Shown here piece by piece: positions 34,644-42,700 of a stretch of 64,000 nt of DNA (positions within the stretch are counted from its first letter, which is position 1; each line of letters starts with the position of its first letter). Source of the stretch: Myxococcota bacterium (GTDB lineage: Bacteria > Myxococcota_A > UBA9042). Under the pieces are notes generated by a model. It had not been told where the DNA came from. It did no database searches and worked only from the letters and a program-made list of their open reading frames with translations. The stretch is from assembly GCA_964201005.1 (NCBI GenBank), contig CAXNCS010000002.1:14773-78772 (forward strand), in the 5' to 3' direction. The translations under genes were made by a program, and so were the position numbers.

Positions 34644-36478
34644 CACGTGTCTCCAGGTTGGCTTGGACCTTCGCCATTGTTCGCATGAACACGGAGATTG
34701 GTCGCCGCAGCGTCTGAGCCCGCCACGGTCAGGCCCAAGAGCAGTCCGACAAGCGGCCAAAACACCACGGCAAACTGCGTGTAAGCCAAGAAATAGTCCA
34801 CGCTGCTGTGCACGGCAAAGGCCGCCAGACCGGCGGCGATGGCCAGCGCGGTGCCGCGATCTGACGTCCATCCGCGGCGGAATGCAAGCCGGCAAGCGCG
34901 CAGGAGGGTCCAGGCCAGCAGGGCCAGCGCCGCCACCCCCAGCAAGCCCAGGTCTACCGCGGTCTCTAGCCACACGGAATGGGCCCGCGCGCGCGGATCG
35001 TAGGCCTCAAACACCACGTATTCGCGATGGATCAGCCTGAAGCGGTCCGAGCCCCAGCCGAGCCACGGCTTGCGTTCCCACAGCAGCAGGGCGGCCCGCC
35101 AATAGTGGCGGCGCTGCAAGTCGATCCGCCGCCGCTGGGCCATGGAGCTGAGATCGTCGGGGCGAAACGGCTCGGGCCCCGCCGTGCCCAGCGCTTGACC
35201 GGCCGGAACCACCTCGCAGCCGAGCCAACCCAGCGGCGCGCCGACTTCCGACAGAAACAGCACGCGGTCGCGCATGATGTCCGCACAAAGAGCGTATTTG
35301 CCTGGCCTTTCTGGCAGCTGCACCTGCAGAGGCACCACGGCAACCGCGCCCTTGCCCATGGCCGGCAGGCGCTCGCCCGTCCACACTTCGTCGACCGGCT
35401 TGCCGCGCTCGGTAAAGAACGAGTGCATCACTTTGGCCGGTGCTTGGCGGTTTGACAGGGCCCAGGTGCCGCGATTGCGCACTTCCAGGCGCACAGTCAC
35501 GCGCTCGCCGGGGTGGCCGGTGCAGCCATCCACAAAGCGGTACTGCGGCAGGTACGAGCGCTCGTCCAGGCCGATGCGCGCGCGCATTTCAGGGTTCGCG
35601 GCGTAGGCGAGGCCGATGAGCGCCGCCCAGCCCAAAGTAGCCGCCAGCCACCAGCGCCGGTGGGGCAACTGCCGGCCGCCCCAGGCCAATACGACCGCGC
35701 CCGTGACACCCGCAAGCAGCCCAGCGCGCGAATAAGTCAGCGACAACAGCACCGCCAATAGCGCCGCCCAGAGGCCCAAGGCCACGCGCGCCCGAGTCTT
35801 TTGCCCAGGCCTCAGCCAGAGCACCAAGACCAAGGGCGCCAGCCACTCCAGGTAACCGGCGCAGGTGTTGGCGTGATAAAACACTGTGGATAGGCGCTGT
35901 TCGCCGAGCATCCACGTCGGCTCGTCGCGAAATTGAAGCAGCACGGGCTCAAACTTTTGGCCCAAGGCCCTCTCGCCCACGGCCAGCAGGGTAATCACGC
36001 CCAGACCGGTCAGCGCCCCGGCAAAAACCCTTTGGCGGAACTGCTTGTGCGGCGCCCACCACAGGCTAGCCAGCGCCAAGCTCACCTGCCCGGCCACGCG
36101 CAGCGCCGCCTTGACCACCTGGGCGCGATCGGCGTCGGCCCAGGCAAAGCTCGCGGCGTGGACGCCCGCCCAAAGCAGCAGCACCGCCGCGGTGGCCAGC
36201 AACGGCCGCTGGCGCCACCTCTGCCGTTCAGCGGGATGCCTGGCAGCGGCCCAAAGTGCAGCGATCAGCGCCACAAAGCTCGCCAGCGCCGCAATCAGCT
36301 CGGTGGTCGTGAGGTTGACGGGCCCGGCCGGCAGGGTGTCGCGAAGCTCTAGGGGCCCCGCGGCCAAGAGGGCGCCGATCGCCAGGCCCGCTACCGCCGC
36401 GGCGCGCGCAACAGCCCCGGGCGCTGCGCCGACAGGGTCCGCCAAAGGCGCTGGAACGGCAGAGACAGGCGCGCTCAT
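34643..36478 (-). CDS. O-antigen ligase/polymerase (Wzy_C)-family membrane protein with inserted beta-sandwich-like periplasmic domain
   Basis: ORF 34643..36640 trimmed to ATG 36478, which overlaps the flippase stop (ATGA). There are multiple TM helices, and LSLTYSRAGLLAG is a Wzy_C-type loop. A ~115-aa soluble insert at ~35200-35550 (ERVTVRLEVRNRGTWAL..VVPLQVQLPERPGKYALCADI) looks CARDB/NBR1-like. Confidence 0.72.
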   Translation of the reverse strand: MSAPVSAVPAPLADPVGAAPGAVARAAAVAGLAIGALLAAGPLELRDTLPAGPVNLTTTELIAALASFVALIAALWAAARHPAERQRWRQRPLLATAAVLLLWAGVHAASFAWADADRAQVVKAALRVAGQVSLALASLWWAPHKQFRQRVFAGALTGLGVITLLAVGERALGQKFEPVLLQFRDEPTWMLGEQRLSTVFYHANTCAGYLEWLAPLVLVLWLRPGQKTRARVALGLWAALLAVLLSLTYSRAGLLAGVTGAVVLAWGGRQLPHRRWWLAATLGWAALIGLAYAANPEMRARIGLDERSYLPQYRFVDGCTGHPGERVTVRLEVRNRGTWALSNRQAPAKVMHSFFTERGKPVDEVWTGERLPAMGKGAVAVVPLQVQLPERPGKYALCADIMRDRVLFLSEVGAPLGWLGCEVVPAGQALGTAGPEPFRPDDLSSMAQRRRIDLQRRHYWRAALLLWERKPWLGWGSDRFRLIHREYVVFEAYDPRARAHSVWLETAVDLGLLGVAALALLAWTLLRACRLAFRRGWTSDRGTALAIAAGLAAFAVHSSVDYFLAYTQFAVVFWPLVGLLLGLTVAGSDAAATNLRVHANNGEGPSQPGDT

Positions 36479-37842
36479 GCCGGCTGAGCTTCCAAGGGAG
36501 CGTCGATTTGCGCCTGCAGCTGCGCCTCGTGCTGGGCCTTGACGCGCTTGCGCAATTCGCGGTGGACCAGCGGCACGCAGAAGGCCAGCAGCACCACTTC
36601 CGTCAGCGCAGTTGCCGCAGCCGATCCCACGCCGCCCCACAGCGGAATAAAGGCGAAGTTCGCCGCGACGTTGACCGCGATGAGCGCCAAAGCATAGGCC
36701 ATTTGCGCCTTGACCAGGCCCATCGCCACCAGCATGTGCGTCTCTAGGTAGTTGACAAACGTCAACACGACCGACGGAGCCAGGGCCATCAGGATCGGCG
36801 TTGCCTTGAGGTACTCCTCACCATTAAGCAACAGAATCATCCACTTAGGCAACAGCAACAGCGTCAGAGCCCCGCCGATGCCGCCGAGCAGAAGCACGCG
36901 CAAGGTGATGCGGTGCAGCCGGGCAGCGGCCGCGGGATCCGTCTCCACGGTCTGGGCCAGGGCCGGAAAAGTCGCAGCCATCAGGATCGCCGGCAGCACC
37001 GACATGTTTTCCATCAGCTTGTACGCGGCGTTGTACAGCCCGACCTCGTAGTCGCCGGCCAGCAGCCGCAGCATGGGCACGTCGATCTTGAAGTAGATCA
37101 GGCTCGCGACGATCGCCACACCTAAAGGCAGAACTTCATTGGTAAATCGCCGAAGCATCGGCCGCGACCAGCCCAGCTGGGGGGTCACCACGCGCAGCAT
37201 CAACACCGCGGTGTAAGAGAGGCCGATGATCGAGGCGACCAGCATCGCCGCGGCGATCAGCGCCATGACATAGCCCTTGTCGGCAGCGACGGTGGGCATG
37301 GTCGGCAGAACCGCCAAGGCCGCAGAGACACAGAGGAGCTGGGCGCCGGCAAACACAGCGGAGGAGCGAGCCTCAAGCTTGAGCTGCTGAACCCCGCGGA
37401 AGACTTGCCACATCGCCTCAATCGTCGAGGTCGCGAGGCCTGCGAGTCCCGCCATGGCCACGGTCCAGCCCAGCGCGCCGGGCCGCGGGTGAAAAGTCGC
37501 GGTCGCCTTCATCCCCGGATCGGCAAAGTGCCACCACGCGAGCAGGGCTACCACGCCTAAGTACGCAACGGCCAGGGTCAATTTGATGGTAAAGACGTGG
37601 CCGATCAGCTTGGCCGGCGGCACTTCATGGCGCGACACTTCGCGGGCGAGGAACAGACCCAGGCCCATGTCGGTCATTTGCACCAGCAGCAGCGCCAGCG
37701 CCACCGCGTAGGTGTATTGGCCGTACATCTTTGGGCCCAGCGCTCGCGAGATCGCCGCCACCAAGAAGAACCGCAGGCCTTTTTCCAGCAGCGTTCCCGC
37801 GGTCTTCCAGCCGAGATTTCTGCGAATTCGCTGGGTGATCAC
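36475..37842 (-). CDS. polysaccharide flippase (Wzx/MOP superfamily)
   Basis: GTG start with an AAGGA SD. The N-terminus reads NLGWKTAGTLLEKGLRFFLVAAISRALGPKMYGQYTYA. About 12-14 TM helices are present, giving a typical MOP flippase profile. Confidence 0.85.
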   Translation of the reverse strand: MITQRIRRNLGWKTAGTLLEKGLRFFLVAAISRALGPKMYGQYTYAVALALLLVQMTDMGLGLFLAREVSRHEVPPAKLIGHVFTIKLTLAVAYLGVVALLAWWHFADPGMKATATFHPRPGALGWTVAMAGLAGLATSTIEAMWQVFRGVQQLKLEARSSAVFAGAQLLCVSAALAVLPTMPTVAADKGYVMALIAAAMLVASIIGLSYTAVLMLRVVTPQLGWSRPMLRRFTNEVLPLGVAIVASLIYFKIDVPMLRLLAGDYEVGLYNAAYKLMENMSVLPAILMAATFPALAQTVETDPAAAARLHRITLRVLLLGGIGGALTLLLLPKWMILLLNGEEYLKATPILMALAPSVVLTFVNYLETHMLVAMGLVKAQMAYALALIAVNVAANFAFIPLWGGVGSAAATALTEVVLLAFCVPLVHRELRKRVKAQHEAQLQAQIDAPLEAQPA

Positions 37843-37893
37843 GGGATCCTTGGGCGGCAGAGGGGCCAGAAGCGCGGGCAGCGCTGAGCGAGT

Positions 37894-38736
37894 CTATTCG
37901 CCGGCGAGCACGGCGCCAAAAGTACGGGCGATGATCGCTACGTCCAAAGCCAGTGAAAAATTGCGGACATACCACACATCGTACTTGGTGCGGTCGGCGA
38001 TCGACACATTGCCGCGCAGGCCGTTGACCTGGGCCCAGCCGGACAGACCGGGGCGGATGGTGTGGCGCAGATCGTAATTCTCAAACTCCTGGCGGAATTT
38101 GGACACGAACACCGGGCGCTCCGGCCGCGGGCCCACCAGGCTCATATCGCCGACAAAAATGTTCCAGAGTTGCGGCAGTTCGTCGACGCTGGTGCGGCGC
38201 AAAAGGCCGCCGACCCGGGTGACGCGGGCGTCAAAAGAGCGGGCCCAGCGCGGGCCGTCCTTCTCGGCGTCCACAGTCATCGAGCGAAACTTGAGACAAT
38301 CAAAGATTTTTCCGTCTTTGCCGACGCGAGTCTGCCGGTAGATCACCGGGCCAGGGCTGTCCAAGCGCACCGCCAGCGCCACGGCAGCCAGGGCCGGCGC
38401 GCCGATGGCCAGAGCGGACCCGGAGAGCGCCACGTCGATCGCCCGCTTGATCGCCTGCTGCACCGGCTTGTGCGGCGGCCGCTCCTGTGGGGCCACGTAC
38501 ACCGGCCCCTGGGGATCCTCTGTTGAAGCGCGCTGTTTTGACGGACCGGCCTTGTTGTGGACATCGGGCGGAAACGACGGATCGCTCAATTGCGTCGAGG
38601 CCGCGGGGTCGCCCGAAGCGGCGCTGGTGCCAGGGCTGACGGTCGCCCAAGTCGGACCGGCCGCAGCAGCCCCAGACGGCCCCATGGCGATCTGCGGCCC
38701 CATTGCACTCGTCTGATTGGCAGAAGGAGCATCCAT
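37894..38736 (-). CDS. polyprenyl-phosphate sugar-1-phosphate transferase (bacterial sugar transferase, WbaP/PglC-like)
   Basis: Trimmed to ATG 38736 (AGAGGT SD). The core reads KRAIDVALSGSAL..LDSPGPVIYRQTRVGKDGKIFDCLKFRSM..DELPQLWNIFVGDMSLVGPRPERP, the canonical family signature. Confidence 0.9.
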   Translation of the reverse strand: MDAPSANQTSAMGPQIAMGPSGAAAAGPTWATVSPGTSAASGDPAASTQLSDPSFPPDVHNKAGPSKQRASTEDPQGPVYVAPQERPPHKPVQQAIKRAIDVALSGSALAIGAPALAAVALAVRLDSPGPVIYRQTRVGKDGKIFDCLKFRSMTVDAEKDGPRWARSFDARVTRVGGLLRRTSVDELPQLWNIFVGDMSLVGPRPERPVFVSKFRQEFENYDLRHTIRPGLSGWAQVNGLRGNVSIADRTKYDVWYVRNFSLALDVAIIARTFGAVLAGE

Positions 38737-38839
38737 CTGGTCTACCTCTGAGAGGGTGTGAAAGTACGTCGGTTCCAAGCGCTTGGGAGTCGAAAAACCC
38801 AATGTTGTCAATAGTTATTCTTTCACATCCAGCGTGTTT

Positions 38840-40045
38840 TCAAAGGGTCTGAGCAGAGCCGCGCTGGGCCAAGGCGGTATTGATCGCGTCGCGCATGTGC
38901 TGCAGAAACGCCGGGCGATCAAAGCGCTCGGCATTGCGGCGACAGACCGCCGGATCGACCTTCAGAGCCGCCAGCCGCCGCACCGCAGCTGCCAGCGACT
39001 CTGCGGTGGGTTCCTCAAAGAACACGCCAGTTTCGCCGTCGACCACCGTCTCTAGCGCCCCGCCTCTGCCAAATGCGACTACGGCGATGCCCGCAGCCTG
39101 CGCCTCGACCGGCACGATGCCCGCGTCCTCCTCGCCGGGAAACACCAGGAAATTCGCACCCCGGTACCATGTGGCCAGCTGGTCTTCCGGCGCGCGACCG
39201 GCAAAAGTCACGTTGGCGGGCGCCGACCGCTGCAAGCGCTGGCGCTCCGGACCGTCGCCTACAATGACCAGTTTGCGTTCTGGCATCAGGGCATACGCCG
39301 CGACGGCCAAGTCGACGCGCTTGTACGGCACCATACCGCCCAGCACCAGATCATAGCGCTCTTGGTCCAGAGGCGGCGCCAAATCCGGGGTGAACTGGGT
39401 GCAATCGGCAGGAGGCGGCACGACCATGGCGTCGCGACCATAGAACTGTTTGATCTTGTTGGCCGTATTGCCGCTGTTGGCGACGTAAAGATCGACGCGG
39501 CCAGAAGTGCGCAGGTCCCAGTGGCGCAGCCAGCTCGCCGCGGCGCCGATCGCCGGCCGGGCCAACTGCAGCAAAGTCGAGCTGCCGCGCAGGTAATCCT
39601 CTGTGCGATCCCAGGCATAGCGCACCGGCGTGTGGCAATAGCAGACATGCACGGCGCCCGGGCTGGGGATCACCCCTTTGGCCACGCAGTGACTCGAGGA
39701 CACCACGAGGTCGAACTCGCTGATGTCCAACGCCTCGATCGCACTGGGATACAGCGGCAACAGCCAGCGGTGCTTCTTGGACGCCCCCGGCAGCCGCCCG
39801 GCCCGCGAAGACACGTGCTTCATGGCCTCGATCCGCGGCGTGGCGATCCCGGGCTCGCGCACCAGGGTGTGTAAGGTCGCCTGGGGAAAGAGCTCGCACA
39901 GCGCGTCGAGCACGCGTTCGCCGCCGCGCATGGTGACGAGCCAGTCGTGTACCAAGGCCACGCGCTCGGGCCGCACCTCGCCAATGCTCATGGGCCGGCT
40001 GGTCTTGGGCCGGGGATCGGGCTGCGCGGATTCTCTAGCGGACAT
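38840..40045 (-). CDS. glycosyltransferase, GT4 (group 1) family
   Basis: ORF 38840..40402 trimmed to ATG 40045 (alternative start 39991). The N-terminal VALVHDWLVTMRGGERVL and the C-terminal FPGEEDAGIVPVEAQAAGIAVVAFGRGGALETV (EX7E region) are GT-B/GT4 hallmarks. Confidence 0.85.
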   Translation of the reverse strand: MSARESAQPDPRPKTSRPMSIGEVRPERVALVHDWLVTMRGGERVLDALCELFPQATLHTLVREPGIATPRIEAMKHVSSRAGRLPGASKKHRWLLPLYPSAIEALDISEFDLVVSSSHCVAKGVIPSPGAVHVCYCHTPVRYAWDRTEDYLRGSSTLLQLARPAIGAAASWLRHWDLRTSGRVDLYVANSGNTANKIKQFYGRDAMVVPPPADCTQFTPDLAPPLDQERYDLVLGGMVPYKRVDLAVAAYALMPERKLVIVGDGPERQRLQRSAPANVTFAGRAPEDQLATWYRGANFLVFPGEEDAGIVPVEAQAAGIAVVAFGRGGALETVVDGETGVFFEEPTAESLAAAVRRLAALKVDPAVCRRNAERFDRPAFLQHMRDAINTALAQRGSAQTL

Positions 40046-40170
40046 GCACGGGCTCCCGCTGGGCTGTGGGACGTTGGCGTCTCGGCCGCCCAGGACCGGA
40101 TTCAGAAAAGTGAAGCAGTGTAATGGCTGCGCGGGCCAAAGTCGATCGACCGCGTCGCAGACCTCTCGTC

Positions 40171-41649
40171 CTACGGCAGCTCGCCCAGGGAGCGCAGCGC
40201 CGGCTCCACCGCCCTTTGGTACAGATCGGTGCTCAGCACCCCGCCCGGATCCAATTGCTTGCGCAAGCGCGCGAAGGTCCTCAAGTTCTCTTCCGGCCAG
40301 CTCGCCAGCACCGTCTCGGGCTTGAGCGTCGCGTCTTTGGCAAAGTAGAAGCGCCCGCCGGCCTGGACGACCAACGCCTCGATCTCGGCGGCCAGAGCCC
40401 ACAGCTTGGCGCGATTCCCGGGCGTCACCGGAAAATCCTGCGCGAGCGAGTAGCCGTCCAGGCCGTGGGTCATCAGGAACTGATCGGGCCGGTGGCGCTT
40501 CATCACTGCCAAAAAGCTGGGCATTCCGCGCTGCTGCTGCAGCTCCAACACCTGGCGAAACACCCGCCGCGCCTCGGCCTTGGGCACAAAAATCTGATGC
40601 TGAATCATGCCATGGGGCTTGTAGATGAACTTCCAGTTGGGCACGTAGTCCAGCAGAAAGTGAAAGGCGCCGTGGGTCTGGCGGTAGCGCTTGCCGTGCT
40701 CCAGGAGAGCCCCGCTCAGCTGCTTGGCCCAGTTGATCAGGCGCATGCCCAGCTGGTTAGAGAATGGCTTGAGAAACACCCACATCCACGACTTTGGGAT
40801 CAGACCGAACAGCCGCGGCGGCAGCTGCTGGGCCTCTACGCGCAAGAGCGCCCCGGCGTTGGGGTCTTGCCCGGACTTGAGCTGGTAGGCGGCGTGAATG
40901 AGTCCGCGGCCCAGCCCAGAACCGCCGGCAAAAGCGTCGACCCAGGAGACCAAGTAGTCGGCGTCGTCCTGGAGGCGCTCGAATTCATCAAACATTTTGT
41001 CAATGTCGGGGACGCTGACCCCCAGCACTTCCAGCTCGCCGGAGTAGACCTTCTTGAGCTGGATCTCGACCTCGCAGATCACCGCCAGCTCGCCAAAGCC
41101 GCTGATGATCGCCACGAACAGCGGATCGTCGCGGCCGACCTCTTGGAACGTCCCGTCTACCCTACAGATCTTGAGCGCGTGGATGTGATCGCCGATGGGC
41201 CCCACGCGATAGGCGTTCTTGCCGTGGATGTTCATGGCGGCCGCACCGCCCAGGGTCGGCTCCATGGTGCCGGAGACGACCGGAGGCCACCAGCCGTCGG
41301 CAATGCCCAGACGCCACAGATCGGCAATAGTAAAGCCGGCTTCAGCGCGCACGCGCCCGGTCTTGGCGTCCCAGCGGATCAGCTTGTTCATGCCGCTCAT
41401 GTCCAGGACCAGCTTGCCCTGGCCGCACGCCGCGTCTCCGTAGCTGCAGCCCGCACCGCGCAGGGCGATCTTCTTGCCGTTGGCCGATGCCCAGGCCAGC
41501 GATTGCGCAAGCATGTCTTGAGAAGTGATGGCGATTACCTCGCTCTGGCCGCCGATCGCCATGCCCCAGCCGAGCACGGTCTGGCTGCGCGCCAGGGTCT
41601 GCACCGAGTTGGTGGGACCAGGGACGCCAGAAGAGCTTGAGTTTTCCAT
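40171..41649 (-). CDS. dprE1: FAD-dependent polyprenyl-phospho-ribose 2'-oxidase-like (DprE1-like)
   Basis: Matches, in order, my memory of M. tuberculosis DprE1. Ours VLGWG / DprE1 LTGWGR. Ours LRGAGCSYGDAA..LVLDMSGMN / ARGLGRSYGDNA..LVIDMTPLN. Ours TLGGAAAMNIHGKN / TVGGAIACDIHGKN. Ours IQHQIFVP / LQYQFVIP. Ours GGRFYFAKDA / GGRLYTAKDS. Ours RKQLDPGGVLSTDL / RRKVDPLRVFASDM. Confidence 0.75.
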   Translation of the reverse strand: MENSSSSGVPGPTNSVQTLARSQTVLGWGMAIGGQSEVIAITSQDMLAQSLAWASANGKKIALRGAGCSYGDAACGQGKLVLDMSGMNKLIRWDAKTGRVRAEAGFTIADLWRLGIADGWWPPVVSGTMEPTLGGAAAMNIHGKNAYRVGPIGDHIHALKICRVDGTFQEVGRDDPLFVAIISGFGELAVICEVEIQLKKVYSGELEVLGVSVPDIDKMFDEFERLQDDADYLVSWVDAFAGGSGLGRGLIHAAYQLKSGQDPNAGALLRVEAQQLPPRLFGLIPKSWMWVFLKPFSNQLGMRLINWAKQLSGALLEHGKRYRQTHGAFHFLLDYVPNWKFIYKPHGMIQHQIFVPKAEARRVFRQVLELQQQRGMPSFLAVMKRHRPDQFLMTHGLDGYSLAQDFPVTPGNRAKLWALAAEIEALVVQAGGRFYFAKDATLKPETVLASWPEENLRTFARLRKQLDPGGVLSTDLYQRAVEPALRSLGELP

Positions 41650-41674
41650 GGGTGTTCTCTTGGGTCTGGGAGAA

Positions 41675-42412
41675 TCAGACCGACAGTTTCCTAAAGATCA
41701 GCGAAGGAACGCTGCGGATGGCGAGCATGATCCAGCGCCAGAGCCAGTGGACGTAGACCACGTCGGGTCCGCCGGAGAGGCTGCGGGCGATCGCTGCGGC
41801 GGCGACATCGGCGTCTACCGTGAGCGGCATGCGCTTGTCGCCCAACATGGGGGTGCGCACGGGCCCCGGCTTGACAGTGACGACGCGCACCCCGCGGACC
41901 GCCAAGCGATTGCGCAGCGATTCAAGGTAGGTATGCAAGGCCGCTTTGGAGGCACCGTAGACAGGGGCGCCGCGCCGACCGCGATCGCCGGCGACCGAGC
42001 CGATGCCACAGATCACCCCGCGACCGAGAGGGGCAAAATGCCGCGCGGCGCAGTTGAGCCAGGCCACCGCACCTAAGACGTTGATCTCAATGACCTGCTG
42101 GTCCTTGGCCGTGTCAAATTCGTCCGGCGCGACATCCGGCATGACGCCAGCGGCGTACACCACGGCGTCGATACCGCCCATTTGACTCAGCAAATTGGCC
42201 CACGAGGCCTCAACGGCGCGAGGATCGGCGGCGTCGGACACCTCAACGACGGCCTTGCCGCCGCGGCGGGTGACTTCGTCGGCCACCCGGGCCAGCGCTG
42301 CCTGCCGCCGCGCCACCAGCCCCAGCGTCTTGCCCGCTCCGGCCAGGTGCAGAGCCAGCGCCTCGCCGATGCCAGAAGACGCGCCGACGATCAGAATCCG
42401 CTGCAATTCCAT
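41675..42412 (-). CDS. dprE2: short-chain dehydrogenase, DprE2-like 2-keto-pentofuranose reductase
   Basis: ATG 42412 with an AGGAG SD. SDR motifs: IVGASSGIG and YGASKAAL. The C-terminal VRVVTVKPGPVRTPM...PLTVDADVAA...RSVPSLIFRKLSV parallels the M. tuberculosis DprE2 tail (VRVLVIRPGQVRTRM..PLTVDKEYVA..RHIPRSIFRKLPI, from memory). Confidence 0.75.
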   Translation of the reverse strand: MELQRILIVGASSGIGEALALHLAGAGKTLGLVARRQAALARVADEVTRRGGKAVVEVSDAADPRAVEASWANLLSQMGGIDAVVYAAGVMPDVAPDEFDTAKDQQVIEINVLGAVAWLNCAARHFAPLGRGVICGIGSVAGDRGRRGAPVYGASKAALHTYLESLRNRLAVRGVRVVTVKPGPVRTPMLGDKRMPLTVDADVAAAAIARSLSGGPDVVYVHWLWRWIMLAIRSVPSLIFRKLSV

Positions 42413-42700
42413 GGACACTCCTGGCTTCGGACCCCGGCAAAGACCACCGGTTGCGGATTCTCAGCGACGCCCGGCGGCAGTTCGATCGCCTTGCCGTCGA
42501 CGGGGCTCGGGGGCCGCCCTGGCTAGCCCCGCGGGCGCAAGAGTGTACCTCTGCGGCGGTCGCGGGGCTAGGTTTTGACTGGTCTTCTTTAGACCCCTGA
42601 AACGGGGCAGCGGCCGGGACCCGAAAGGCAAGTTGCCCAAACCGGGGGCCTCCCTTAGGCTTCTGGCCCCACGCGGGCTTCGCCGCCCCAGGTGTTCGCC

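Noticed and set aside
34373-34700. Expected TPP riboswitch upstream of thiS/thiG
   Set aside because: There is no non-coding space, because thiS overlaps the upstream gene's stop. I also could not see the conserved THI-box core. This is reported as an absence under findings rather than as a feature.
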